Shown: positions 62,407 through 64,000 of the stretch, piece by piece | How the letters are laid out: the number at the start of each line of letters is the position of its first letter | Position numbering within the stretch: the stretch's first letter is position 1 | Assembly (NCBI GenBank): GCA_016748015.1 | Contig: JAAOMT010000512.1 | Span: 1,808,893 to 1,872,892, forward strand | DNA: 64,000 bases | Origin: Geosiphon pyriformis uo1 | Taxonomy: Eukaryota > Fungi > Glomeromycota | Direction: 5' to 3' | Program-made: the position numbers and the translations under genes | Notes under the pieces: generated by a model | What the model was told of the DNA's origin: nothing | Database searches by the model: none | The model's input: only the letters and a program-made list of their open reading frames with translations

Positions 62407-64000
62407 TGTTACTGAAAATTTTTAGTCTCTTTTCTTAAATACTATTAATGTCTGTTTACTGTTAATTTATGTTTTTTAAAAGCTAATGAATCTTCAATAA
62501 CTGAATTTATCTTTAAATTATCTCTTATAATTTGAATTACTGGGCTTATATATAAAATGGCCAATTTTATGCCAGTTATTTTGTATAGTTATATTGTAGT
62601 AAACATTAACTTTTTTTCAGAAATTGTTTATTTAAAAGCTTATTAAAATGTATAATTACTTTATTGTAAAAGTCAATTCATCTACAAAAATTTTGTCTGT
62701 AGGCTACTTTAATAAATATAATAAGAAATAAAAGAGAAAAATAAAAAAAAATTAGAATTTTGTTAAGAGAATTATTTTCTATTTGGATCTGGAGTTATTA
62801 ACAAATTACTGAAATTGATAACTAATCAATTTCAAAACATTAGTTTAATTTCAAAAAATGTTAAATTCAATTATTTTTAAGAATTGTTTTTCAAAGTATA
62901 GTTTTTATTTTAAATTGTACTAAATAAGAATAATTTTAAAAAAAATAAGATATTTATAGTAAGATATATTTTCTCAAAGAAAAAAACTCTTTTTTTATAC
63001 AATTTGTTGTAGTATTAGTTTATGAATTTGAACTTTTTTTTTGCTATAATTTCAACAAACTAAAAATATATTTTAATAAACTACAAGTTATTTTATTAAA
63101 CTATTAACTATTTCAGTAAATTACAAGTTATTTCAGCAAATTTCTGCAAATTTTTGCAAATTCTTAAATATTATATAGTTTAAAGTATTGTGTTATTTGA
63201 TTATTCTAATTTCTATTATGCAAATTGAGTTATTATTAAATAGTAATATTTGATAATTTGATTTAAGTAATAAATGATAATTAAAATAATATTAATATAT
63301 ATTAATTAATGATAAGAATTATAAAAGTAATTTTATGCTAATTAATAACTAAAATTTTATTGGTAACATAATTTTTTTCTTAAAATTGAGCTTTGTTAAA
63401 ATCCAAGCACTATCTGTAATTTTGAGATAGTAATCCAAAATTATTGAAGTAATTTGGTCTGAAAATTGTTAAAATTTTAGTTCTGTAAGTTTGCCAATGT
63501 ATTGAATCTTTATTGGTTGAAGTATTAAATTTTGTAGAATGTTTTCACATATGTTAAATAAGTTATAAAGTCTACAAGCTGTTCTGAGTTTGTAGTGAAC
63601 ATTTGTTGGTCTAATTATTGTCTTGAATTTGTTGTATATTTGCTTTTATATAGCTTCAGAAGTAAAATTGATTGCTTTTAGTTCCAGTTTCCATTGGTGT
63701 AGTGTTTTTTCAATTTGGAAATATTGATAACTAAAAGTATATTTACTGCTTTCATTAAGACACATTTAAAGTTTTTGTTGTATTATAATATTCAGAGAAA
63801 TGTTAATAGATGTAAACAATAAGTTTTTTTTTAAAGCTTGTTTTAAAAGTTCTGGTAATTGACTTTCAAAATAACTTTTTGTGTTTTTTCTATAAAAATA
63901 ATAATTTTAAGAATTATTTATTATTAAGACTGTGGTTTTTCTTTGAATGTAATTAATTTGATTTTTATTAATTGTTAAAGAGTATTTTTAAAGCTAATAT
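62407..64000 (-). mobile_element. Gypsy family 1 copy D: 3' LTR (62407-63368) plus ORF3 relic, continues beyond the window; strongly AT-eroded
   Basis: TGTTAC start, GGTAACA end at 63368; colinear with 37426-39080. Confidence 0.9.

Overview
Eukaryotic, AT-rich, intron-containing fungal-type DNA. The gene set and repeat style suggest an early-diverging fungus, probably Glomeromycotina (Geosiphon-like); this is an inference from recall, not a search. About 80% of the window (1-50 kb and 61.2-64 kb) is nested, C->T/G->A-eroded retroelements. (1) Four Ty3/Gypsy LTR retrotransposons of two related families: family 1 copies A 1-5971(+), B 37426-47380(-), D 62407-64000(-); family 2 copy C 20064-30161(-). 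Their layout is gag-PR-Cys-rich-dUTPase-RT-RNaseH // separately framed integrase // extra ORF3. (2) Five LINE copies, whose combined sequence gives ORF1 + EN-RT-RNaseH-CCHC. (3) Two copies of an ORF1-only, HAL1-like non-autonomous LINE derivative that keeps the LINE 3' tail. (4) Roughly 90%-AT islands, at least one of which is a hypermutated LTR fossil. An ~11 kb CpG-retaining gene island (50.1-61.1 kb) holds a Trx-Grx-Grx monothiol glutaredoxin, a LAPTM-like 4-TM protein with a PY motif, a bHLH-ZIP transcription factor and SMG9. The best novelty candidates are the conserved stop/+1-frame split of integrase from pol, the ORF1-only LINE parasite, ORF3, and a nucleotide-level conserved motif just before the PPT. 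All alignments were done by eye; boundaries in AT-rich tracts are approximate.
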